Source: Peptostreptococcaceae bacterium oral taxon 113 str. W5053 (GTDB lineage: Bacteria; Bacillota; Clostridia; Tissierellales; Peptoniphilaceae). Taken from it: a stretch of DNA of 32,000 nt. The notes beneath the pieces were generated by a model that worked only from the letters and a program-made list of their open reading frames with translations, ran no database searches and was not told the DNA's origin. Within the stretch, counting starts at the first letter, position 1, and the number at the start of each line of letters is the position of its first letter. Positions 24,935 through 32,000 of the stretch are shown here, piece after piece. Where the stretch lies: assembly GCA_000467935.1 (NCBI GenBank), contig KI259781.1:28671-60670 (forward strand), read 5' to 3'. A program made the translations under genes and the position numbers.

Positions 24935-25716
24935 AAGGATTATTTCGATTTACGTTTCAAAAACAGCTTTTTTATTTTCCCCTGTTCGTCGCCTTGATTG
25001 TTCTTTTCGTTTTGATTTCCTTAGGCGAAATACAGATCACGGGAAACACATTGTTTGATGATGCTTCCACCTATATCTACGACGGCAATGAAGTGCTTCT
25101 GGATCTTTTTACCGGTTTGGATAATCTGACGATTATTTATGTTCCGCTGTTTTTTCTGTTCGGAATCCATTTGATGCAGCGCATGGAACATATGGGTTAC
25201 TTGATTTTACGCCATAAAAATCGGCATGCCTGGAGCGGAAAACTTCTTGGGGTTTCCATCCTTGTATGGATAACTTTTATGTTCTTTTATATGCTGTCCA
25301 ATTTTATTTTGGTGCATGCCTTCTTTCCTTTTAAGAACAGACGCACGATTTTTTCCGATCTTCTGAAAGTTCCCAAAGAACATTTAGCGGCAGAGTATAT
25401 TCCATCGGCGGCGCTGAAATTCGGTTTGTGTCTGCTGGCTTTTCTGTGGCTTTATATTTTGCTTCGATTTCTGTTTGAAAAGAAAGGGGTGGCTATCGCC
25501 GTTATCCTATTCTATTTGGCGGCGAATATCGCTTATCCAAGACTTCCCTATATCCCCTTCTTTTCTCAGTGGTTAGCGTATTCGATGATTTCCTGCGTGA
25601 AAATGTATCATCCGATGGGACTGTGGCTTTTGATTGCAAGAATCTGTTTGTTCGGTCTCGGCATTGTCTTGTTTTCAAATCGATTTCAATTTAAATGGAA
25701 AGAGGTACGTCAATGA
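24931..25716 (+). CDS. ABC-2-type transporter permease-like membrane protein (second subunit)
   Basis: 261-aa polytopic ORF. ATGA overlap with the previous gene. Confidence 0.65.
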   Translation: MKGLFRFTFQKQLFYFPLFVALIVLFVLISLGEIQITGNTLFDDASTYIYDGNEVLLDLFTGLDNLTIIYVPLFFLFGIHLMQRMEHMGYLILRHKNRHAWSGKLLGVSILVWITFMFFYMLSNFILVHAFFPFKNRRTIFSDLLKVPKEHLAAEYIPSAALKFGLCLLAFLWLYILLRFLFEKKGVAIAVILFYLAANIAYPRLPYIPFFSQWLAYSMISCVKMYHPMGLWLLIARICLFGLGIVLFSNRFQFKWKEVRQ

Positions 25717-26342
25717 TTGAAGTAAAAAATATCTCCAAAAATTTTGGAACTCAAAAGATTTTGGACAACGTGAGTTTCTCTTTGAACAGTGGTGAAATTA
25801 TAGGGATTTCCGGACGAAACGGTGCGGGAAAATCCGTGCTTTTTAAAATTCTGTGCGGGCTAATCTATCCGGACAGCGGAGAGGTTTTGTATAATGGAAA
25901 GAAACTGCATCGGGGGTATTTCCCCGAGTCTACCGGTGTTGTGCTGGACGCTTTGGGTTTTATCCCATATTATACGGGTTTCCGAAATTTAAAGCTTCTT
26001 GCCGATGTAAACGGAAAAATCAAGGACGATGTCATTCGTTTTTATCTGGATTTGGTCGGTCTTGGAGATCAAAAGAAAAAATTGGTTTTTCAATACTCGA
26101 AAGGTATGAAAAAACGCCTGGCATTGGCACAGGCTCTGATGGAAAATCCCGATATTCTGATTTTAGATGAACCTTTTGACGGTATCGACTATAACGGACT
26201 GCTCTACTTCCGGGATGTCCTCCAACAAGAGCGGGACAAGGGAAAATCCATTCTGATGACCAGTCATAATCAGGAAGATTTAAATGTGTTGACGAATCGT
26301 ATTTTGTTGTTGCAAGACGGCAAATTATCCTTGAAAAAGTGA
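25713..26342 (+). CDS. ABC transporter ATP-binding protein (minimal, about 209 aa)
   Basis: Walker A GRNGAGKS, signature YSKGMKKRLALAQAL, Walker B ILILDEPFDG, H-loop TSHNQ. The ATG at 25713 (MIEVKNISKNFG) follows GGAAAGAGG and makes an ATGA overlap with the permease gene. Confidence 0.9.
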   Translation: MIEVKNISKNFGTQKILDNVSFSLNSGEIIGISGRNGAGKSVLFKILCGLIYPDSGEVLYNGKKLHRGYFPESTGVVLDALGFIPYYTGFRNLKLLADVNGKIKDDVIRFYLDLVGLGDQKKKLVFQYSKGMKKRLALAQALMENPDILILDEPFDGIDYNGLLYFRDVLQQERDKGKSILMTSHNQEDLNVLTNRILLLQDGKLSLKK

Positions 26343-26351
26343 GGGTTCATA

Positions 26352-26969
26352 ATGAAAACCAAAAAAATCATTTTCTTTTGTTTGCTTATCTGCCTTTTCG
26401 GCTTATGGATAATTCAAGCCGACCGGACGAACACGTTGATTATTCATCAAACACAGGCTTCTCGGGCCCTTGCAGCGATAAACAAGACGGATTTAACGGA
26501 TGCGAAGAAGATTCCCGCCACGCATTCCATGGTGTTTACGCTGCTTTTGGAAAATCCCGAACCTCAATATCAAGTGATGCGGGTGGATGTATATGTGGAC
26601 AACCCTCAAGACCGTGCATTTTTTGCCGCTTTATTGGATCGAGTGCGTCAAGCCGAGTCTGTTTCATACCCCACTCCTCATTTTCATTCCTATTTGGAAT
26701 GGAACACGGGAGAATATACTGACGAAGGTGTCCCGTTGCAATCCCGTCTTAATTTTCTATTTCGGGATCTGAGTCCGGCTTTGCGGAATAAACCCTGGAA
26801 AAAAAAGTTAGAGGGGGATAAAATCCCTTTTTTTTATCATCGCAGCGATATGTACGGTTCGGAAATTTTATTTTTGGAATATGGCGATGAAGATTTGGTT
26901 GTGCGAAGTATTCGTGAATATTTAATGGAAGCTTTATCCGGACACGGATTGGATGAATTTTTAACCTGA
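26352..26969 (+). CDS. N-terminally anchored or secreted protein of unknown function
   Basis: 205-aa ORF behind RBS GAGGG. N-terminal hydrophobic segment MKTKKIIFFCLLICLFGLWIIQA. I recognise no family. Confidence 0.6.
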   Translation: MKTKKIIFFCLLICLFGLWIIQADRTNTLIIHQTQASRALAAINKTDLTDAKKIPATHSMVFTLLLENPEPQYQVMRVDVYVDNPQDRAFFAALLDRVRQAESVSYPTPHFHSYLEWNTGEYTDEGVPLQSRLNFLFRDLSPALRNKPWKKKLEGDKIPFFYHRSDMYGSEILFLEYGDEDLVVRSIREYLMEALSGHGLDEFLT

Positions 26970-26985
26970 TCGATGTCGAATCAAC

Positions 26986-27030
26986 TCAAAAATGCGCCTC
27001 GTTTTTTCTCCGAGACGCATTTGTTTATTT
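26986..27030. terminator. Bidirectional terminator between convergent genes
   Basis: AATGCGCCTCG-ttttttctc-CGAGACGCATT (11-bp stem, one mismatch). An A-run lies on the left and a T-rich run on the right. Confidence 0.7.
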
Positions 27031-27642
27031 TTTCCATAGGATTTTTTCCGCCCATGCCCGATTGATTTCCGGGAAAAAGACATCTTCCTCCTCATGTTTT
27101 TTTAATTCTTCCGACACGATATCATATTGCATTGTATCAAAAGGCAGGGCATAATCCTCTTCTTTGGTGTGAAAAACAATATGATTTTTCCCCTGTTCAT
27201 CCTGTTGAAAGTAAATCCCCGAAAGGTTTAAGTTCGGATGATCTTCTTTAAAAGGAACTTCTCCCACAAATTTCAACAATTCCACCGCAGTATCGTCCAA
27301 ATCCGCATCGCCGATTAAAATTTTTTCACAAAGCTCGTTGACATTACGCACCAGACGAAAAACATAACCTTGTTCCGCCAAAGGCATAAGGCTTGCCCGC
27401 ATTTGCTCCGGAACTCGTTCATCTTCATCGGGAATCATAAAAATCATAAACTTGCGTTCCATATCGTGATAGAGCATAGGGTAGACCACTTCCGTCTCAA
27501 AACCGCAACTGCATCCGAAGTGAAACAATCTGTGACTTAAAATTTCCTCTTTAAACCGAGGCTCCGCCGTAATATTTAAATTATGAAAGATAGGAAAATT
27601 GGTTTCCCGTCCGCAGTTTGGACAAATAAACGCATCCGACAT
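27025..27642 (-). CDS. CpXC-domain zinc-ribbon protein
   Basis: 205-aa ORF with ICPNCGRE ... FGCSCGFE ... PMLYHDMERKFMIFMIP, matching the CpXC domain pattern. RBS AGGAGGAAATC. It starts 9 nt after the arcC stop. Confidence 0.7.
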   Translation of the reverse strand: MSDAFICPNCGRETNFPIFHNLNITAEPRFKEEILSHRLFHFGCSCGFETEVVYPMLYHDMERKFMIFMIPDEDERVPEQMRASLMPLAEQGYVFRLVRNVNELCEKILIGDADLDDTAVELLKFVGEVPFKEDHPNLNLSGIYFQQDEQGKNHIVFHTKEEDYALPFDTMQYDIVSEELKKHEEEDVFFPEINRAWAEKILWKK

Positions 27643-27651
27643 GATTTCCTC

Positions 27652-28563
27652 CTATTCGATTCGAGTGCCTGTATGACCGTTTAATGCTTCCGCCGCCTTC
27701 TCCAAAGAGGTGATGATTGCCGTTTTTCTCGGATGTGAAGATGCAAAAGCACATGCCGCCTGAACTTTGGGCAACATGGAACCTTCGGCAAAGTGCCCCT
27801 CTTCAATGAGGGCGGGGATGTCTTCCACTTTGAGCAGGGTGCATTTTTTTTCATTCGGTTTTCCGAAATTTAATGCAACCTGTTCTACTGCCGTCAAAAT
27901 CATAAAGATATCCGCATCGATTAATTCCGCCAATTTTTCTCCGGTAAAATCCTTATCGATAACGGCAGAAATTCCTTGATATTCTCCATTGTGACGGATC
28001 ACCGGAATACCGCCTCCGCCACCGGCAATCACTACAACGCCCGCTTTCAACAAAGACAACAAACTTTCCTTTTCCAAAATATCCACCGGTTTGGGACTGG
28101 CTACCACTTGACGAAATCCTCTGCCCGCATCCTCCATTACGGCAATGCCTTGCACTTGACACGCCATGATTTCTTCCTCACTTAAAAAATGTCCGATCGG
28201 TTTGGTCGGGTGTTTAAAGGCTTCGTCCTTTTCATCCACCAATACTCGTGTAATCATGGTTACCACATTTTTTTTCATACGTCTTCGGCTAAATTCATTG
28301 ACCAAAGCGTTTTGCATATGATAGCCGATATATCCTTGGCTCATCGCCCCACATTCCGGCAAAGGCATTTTCGGAGTTTCCTCCCCTTCAAAAGCCTTTT
28401 GGATCATACCCACCTGGGGTCCGTTTCCGTGCCCAATAACCACTTCATGCCCTTGCGCCACCAAATCGGCAATGGTCACCACGGTACGAGCCACCGCTTT
28501 TTTTTGCTCTTCCGGATTATTTCCCAGCGCATTGCCTCCCAAGGCAATTACAATTTTACTCAT
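27652..28563 (-). CDS. arcC: Carbamate kinase
   Basis: MSKIVIALGGNALG...VIGHGNGPQVGMI...VIAGGGGGIPV are canonical carbamate kinase blocks. The ATG at 28563 makes an ATGA overlap with the upstream gene; the track start at 28584 lies inside that gene. Confidence 0.9.
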   Translation of the reverse strand: MSKIVIALGGNALGNNPEEQKKAVARTVVTIADLVAQGHEVVIGHGNGPQVGMIQKAFEGEETPKMPLPECGAMSQGYIGYHMQNALVNEFSRRRMKKNVVTMITRVLVDEKDEAFKHPTKPIGHFLSEEEIMACQVQGIAVMEDAGRGFRQVVASPKPVDILEKESLLSLLKAGVVVIAGGGGGIPVIRHNGEYQGISAVIDKDFTGEKLAELIDADIFMILTAVEQVALNFGKPNEKKCTLLKVEDIPALIEEGHFAEGSMLPKVQAACAFASSHPRKTAIITSLEKAAEALNGHTGTRIE

Positions 28564-29867
28564 ACTTCTCCACTTCCTCCCCACTCCATGATGTCTTGCT
28601 TTTGTCTTAAACGAAGAAGGGTCGTATCTTCCAAATCCACCATGGCATAGGTCATCCAGGTATCTTTTTTGACATCCTCCTTCATCACCGCCCCCTCGGT
28701 TAACAAACCCATAGGCACATAATTTTCCTCTTGTTGAGTGCTATGGGAAACGATCATTCCATAACAACTTTTTCCGCCAATCCCTTCCAGAGATTCTCCT
28801 TTTTTCAAATCTTTTTTCGCCACGGCAACGGTGTCACAAACCTGACCGCAACCTGGGGCGATCGTAGCCTCTCTTTCCACAATGGCATTGTAAATCGACA
28901 GAGGGGTTTCCAAACTGGTCAAATGATAGGGACGATGCAATATAAAATTCGGTCCTTCCCCCATATGAAGATATCCCATCAATTTTTTGACATCTTCATT
29001 TTTACTGGTTACAACGGCAAAGACTCCCGGTGCCATGCCGAAAGCGAAATCCACTATGCCGTAACCGGATAAAATTCCCCCCTCTTCTTTCAAGGAAAAA
29101 ATTCGGGACAAATTTTCGGGTGTAGCTTTAGGTCCGTGACATCCGGGAATATCCGGCACAAAACCTAACGCATTGCCTACGCCGGTCAGCTCAATCATCG
29201 TATTGGTTCCGTCGACAAAACCGGTCAGCATCCTTGGGGATAAACCCTGTTTAAGGGCCGTTTGTCTAAGATCGTCTTCCGTCATGCTTCGGTTTAAAAT
29301 ATTATTTTTCCCCTTTCCTACAGCCAATAAATCAAAACCCACGCCTAACGCAAAGTCGGAAAGTTCCATAATGGCTCCCGGTTCATCACCGGCGCTGCCT
29401 GTGTAAATCAGTCCTTTTTCTTCAGCTCTTTTTAACAACAGGGGACCGATAACCGAATCCAATTCCACATTAAGACTGATTAAATCTTTTCCCGCATCCA
29501 AAGTTTTGATAGCCAGTTCGGCTCCGAAAATCGGGCTGCCCGTCGCATCCACAACCCCTTGAATCGCATCGATTTGAAAAGGCAAATCCGAATCCTCCGT
29601 CAATACAAAACGCCCCTTTTGAACGGCTTCTTTTGCCTTTTCCAATTGATTGGTGATCACCATATCCTCCATGGATACGCCGGCAGTCAAAAAAGCCGCC
29701 TTTCCCTTTTCCAAAGTGCGGCCGACTACAACGGAAGGACGCATCCCCGGAATACGAGACATTTGGGCGATCAGTCCTCGACCCATTTTTCCCGTTCCAA
29801 TCAAAGCCACCTGAACTTTTTTTCCTTCTCTATCCATTTGTAACAGCTTACGATTAATCCGCAGCAT
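28560..29867 (-). CDS. NAD(P)-binding oxidoreductase, homoserine-dehydrogenase-like with a C-terminal SAF-type domain (COG4091 / DRL-like family)
   Basis: 435-aa ORF with a Rossmann N-terminus VQVALIGTGKMGRGL. Overall length and layout resemble the 'predicted homoserine dehydrogenase with SAF domain' group. The family call is from memory, not a search. RBS GAGGGGAAG. Confidence 0.55.
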   Translation of the reverse strand: MLRINRKLLQMDREGKKVQVALIGTGKMGRGLIAQMSRIPGMRPSVVVGRTLEKGKAAFLTAGVSMEDMVITNQLEKAKEAVQKGRFVLTEDSDLPFQIDAIQGVVDATGSPIFGAELAIKTLDAGKDLISLNVELDSVIGPLLLKRAEEKGLIYTGSAGDEPGAIMELSDFALGVGFDLLAVGKGKNNILNRSMTEDDLRQTALKQGLSPRMLTGFVDGTNTMIELTGVGNALGFVPDIPGCHGPKATPENLSRIFSLKEEGGILSGYGIVDFAFGMAPGVFAVVTSKNEDVKKLMGYLHMGEGPNFILHRPYHLTSLETPLSIYNAIVEREATIAPGCGQVCDTVAVAKKDLKKGESLEGIGGKSCYGMIVSHSTQQEENYVPMGLLTEGAVMKEDVKKDTWMTYAMVDLEDTTLLRLRQKQDIMEWGGSGEV

Positions 29868-29896
29868 AACATCTTCCCCTCTTTCTTTCCCCTACT

Positions 29897-29924
29897 ATTA
29901 TACCTGATTTACTGTATAATCCAA
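29897..29924 (-). promoter_or_regulatory. Candidate promoter of the oxidoreductase-arcC-CpXC operon
   Basis: Minus strand: TTGGAT, 16-nt spacer, TATAAT. Confidence 0.35.
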
Positions 29925-29957
29925 TCAAAATCTTTATTTTCCGAAATTTTTTGCAAA

Positions 29958-29993
29958 ATAAAAAATCGGAGATGTGATTTTCTCCGATTTTTA
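29958..29993 (-). terminator. Rho-independent terminator after copZ
   Basis: The minus strand reads AAAAATCGGAGA-aaatcaca-TCTCCGATTTTT followed by TATTTT. Confidence 0.75.
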
Positions 29994-29999
29994 AAATAC

Positions 30000-30194
30000 C
30001 TATTTCAGAATAAAGCCCGCATCTTCCACCGCCTCGCGAACCGCATTCATCGTGTACTCTCCCTCAATTTGAGCTGTTCCCGACTTCAAATCCACATCCA
30101 CGTGAACCATTCCCGGAACATGAGACAACTCTTTTTCAACAGCCATCTTGCAATGCTCACAACTCATTCCTTCAATTTGAATCGTTTCTTTCAT
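30000..30194 (-). CDS. copZ: Copper chaperone / heavy-metal-associated domain protein
   Basis: 64-aa ORF with GMSCEHC (MxCxxC) and a ferredoxin-like HMA layout. RBS AAGGAGGAG. Confidence 0.88.
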   Translation of the reverse strand: MKETIQIEGMSCEHCKMAVEKELSHVPGMVHVDVDLKSGTAQIEGEYTMNAVREAVEDAGFILK

Positions 30195-30217
30195 GCTGTA
30201 TCTCCTCCTTCTCTTTT

Positions 30218-30243
30218 ATTATACCATGCTTTTCCTAAAAGCA
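30218..30243 (-). promoter_or_regulatory. Candidate copZ promoter (-10 TGGTATAAT) abutting a 7-bp inverted repeat that may be an operator
   Basis: The minus strand reads TGCTTTT-agg-AAAAGCA and then TGGTATAAT. The repeat sits between the -35 and -10 positions. Confidence 0.4.
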
Positions 30244-30253
30244 ATATTAAAGA

Positions 30254-31495
30254 CTATTCTTCCCCGTCATCTTTAAATGTCCCGGTTTGTCCGTTCTTGC
30301 TCATCCATTCCCCGTAAAGCTTCCAACGTTGCTCTTCATAATCCTGTGCATCGGACGGTATTGTATTAAAAATATTTTTGATTAAAGGCATATACACACT
30401 TTCCGGATAATTTTGAATGTATTCCGCATACGCTACACGAGCCTCCGTAGGTATTTTAATTCCCAAAATAAAATGCTCATGTGCATTTTTAATTGTTTCT
30501 TGAACCCGATGTTGCATATAGACGGATTTGAGCGGATTTTTTTTGGCAAAATCAGCCAGAACCACATAATTTTTAATATATTGAAACCATTCCTCCGAAG
30601 TGGAAAGGTCTTGAATATCGTCTACGGATTTCGAATCGGTTTCCCTGATAAATTCTTGAACCAACCTGGAAAATTCAGGCGACAAGTACTCCTTAAAATG
30701 CCCATACACAACCATGGGATTAAAAAGAACTCCTTGTTGATAGGGATATACGCCCCAAGCCTTTAAACCCCTTTTCCATTCCGTTGAGGACATGTTTTTA
30801 AAGTATTCTTCATAAAAATCAATAAAATCCCGAATCATCCGATCTGCTTGATTCGGTGTGACTTCTTTAAGGATTTTAGGCATCTCTGTGACCAAAGATA
30901 AAAAAGAATCCACGGACGGTCTTAAAGCTTTTAAACGATTCCGAAAAATACTGACCGGAGTATTGGCATCAAAGTAATGGACACTTTCCGCCATTCCCGC
31001 AAGAACCGTTTTATCCGTCATACTTTCTTTCGGATACTCATAAATAACGGATAATAAATCTCCCGTCTGTTTATTTATGATTTCCATGCCCTCTACGACA
31101 GTATCGCCGGAAACCCCGAAATAGGACAAGTATACTCTATTTTCTTCCAATTTTGCCTTAAACGTCTCCTTCTTGGCCGTCATATAATCCGGTTTGATTC
31201 CTCCATGAATCAAAGAGGTCCGAAGTTCCTCTTCTCGTGTGAAATATTTCGTGGAAAAAGGTTCCTTCCGTTTGATAATCATATGCACTTTCGGATCACT
31301 TCTTTTGGAAAGCTCTAAAATCTCCTCGCTGTCACGCCAAATCACCAAATAATCTTTGGGCACTTGCAGTGTCACGCCGATAGAGTCCGCCGTGAATAAA
31401 GAAAGCTTCTCCTCATCCGTCGTCTGGGGCGAAGGTTGTCCCTCGCAGGCACACAATAGTATGGATAAAAGTAAAACCGCTATAATCTTCTTCAT
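30254..31495 (-). CDS. Lipoprotein of unknown function
   Basis: 413-aa ORF. Signal peptide MKKIIAVLLLSILLCAC with a lipobox-like LCAC. RBS AGGAGGAAG. I recognise no family. Confidence 0.65.
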   Translation of the reverse strand: MKKIIAVLLLSILLCACEGQPSPQTTDEEKLSLFTADSIGVTLQVPKDYLVIWRDSEEILELSKRSDPKVHMIIKRKEPFSTKYFTREEELRTSLIHGGIKPDYMTAKKETFKAKLEENRVYLSYFGVSGDTVVEGMEIINKQTGDLLSVIYEYPKESMTDKTVLAGMAESVHYFDANTPVSIFRNRLKALRPSVDSFLSLVTEMPKILKEVTPNQADRMIRDFIDFYEEYFKNMSSTEWKRGLKAWGVYPYQQGVLFNPMVVYGHFKEYLSPEFSRLVQEFIRETDSKSVDDIQDLSTSEEWFQYIKNYVVLADFAKKNPLKSVYMQHRVQETIKNAHEHFILGIKIPTEARVAYAEYIQNYPESVYMPLIKNIFNTIPSDAQDYEEQRWKLYGEWMSKNGQTGTFKDDGEE

Positions 31496-31559
31496 TTCTT
31501 CCTCCTGAAATCATTGTACCATCAAAACCCGGGATTGGAAAATCAAAAAAGCTCTTTCT

Positions 31560-32000
31560 CTATTCTTTCGGAATCCAAGGCCAACAACGATTCACCTTTT
31601 TGCAATAGGCTTCATATTCTTCTCCATACAAATTTTTCAGCCATTTTTCTTCCGTGCACTTCATCAAGATGGTCAAAGCCATCCAATCCAGTATAATCAG
31701 GGAAAATAAATACACATTCCCCATCATGAATACTACCCCTGTACAAATCAATAAAAAGGCGGAATAAATAGGATTCCGAACCCAAGCATAAACGCCCGTA
31801 GTAATCAATCGATTTTCTTTGATTGCGCTGTCGATTCTGTCAACAAAAACCGCTCTTATCCATAGCCAAACGCCTCCTATATTCAAAAAAATTCCGAAAG
31901 CAAACCCGGGAACTCTCCACTTTTGAAAATCCATAACCGGAATGCAGTTCCATTTGGACAATACCGCACCGGCTATTGTAAGACAGATAATAAAACACAC
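31560..32000 (-). CDS. Isoprenylcysteine carboxyl methyltransferase (ICMT)/phospholipid methyltransferase family membrane protein; the 5' end is probably beyond the right window edge
   Basis: TGVYAWVRNPIYSAFLL and EEKWLKNLYGEEYEAYCKKV are typical of the ICMT/PEMT family C-terminus. The ORF is open to the window edge. Confidence 0.7.
   Translation of the reverse strand: MCFIICLTIAGAVLSKWNCIPVMDFQKWRVPGFAFGIFLNIGGVWLWIRAVFVDRIDSAIKENRLITTGVYAWVRNPIYSAFLLICTGVVFMMGNVYLFSLIILDWMALTILMKCTEEKWLKNLYGEEYEAYCKKVNRCWPWIPKE

Noticed and set aside
1-32000. CRISPR arrays, tandem repeat arrays, rRNA/tRNA genes
   Set aside because: No regularly spaced direct repeats or tRNA-like cloverleaf candidates were seen in any intergenic region. 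Every gap longer than 100 nt was read on both strands.

Overview
This window looks like a low-to-mid GC Firmicutes/Clostridia-type chromosome segment (strong GGAGG-type RBSs, a bofA homologue, histidine fermentation genes). About 90% is coding.

Gene content, left to right:
- **1-2812 (-):** a three-gene NuoE-like / NuoF-like / 2Fe-2S-GltD-fusion flavoprotein operon (Stn/Nfn-like).
- **2892-7677 (-):** the histidine utilisation operon hutH-hutU-hutI, with a promoter, a mini-ORF and an intrinsic terminator in its leader.
- **7849-11167:** surE, the L25/Ctc gene, bofA, tpx and glutamate formimidoyltransferase. The last of these completes the hut pathway.
- **11450-12781 (-):** an AzgA/PbuG-type purine permease.
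- **13038-19994 (-):** an AT-richer type I restriction-modification operon, hsdM-hsdS-hsdR. HsdR is EcoR124-like. HsdM is 854 aa with a roughly 370-aa Glu/Lys-rich C-terminal extension.
- **20527-22365 (-):** a pdxK / FlK-like thioesterase / C39-like cysteine peptidase operon.
- **22647-26969 (+):** a cluster encoding a secreted protein, a lipoprotein, two ABC-2-like permeases, a minimal ABC ATPase and a membrane-anchored orphan protein.
- **27025-29867 (-):** an operon encoding a homoserine-dehydrogenase-like/SAF oxidoreductase, carbamate kinase and a CpXC zinc-ribbon protein.
- **30000-32000 (-):** copZ, an orphan lipoprotein and a partial ICMT-family methyltransferase.

I found no rRNA, tRNA, CRISPR array, transposase or integrase.

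The best candidate for an undescribed system is the exported-protein/ABC-2 cluster at 22.6-27.0 kb. Secondary points of interest are the hut leader attenuator, the long HsdM, and the unexplained 0.4-0.5 kb region upstream of hsdM.

All family assignments come from motif recognition by eye. No database search was possible.
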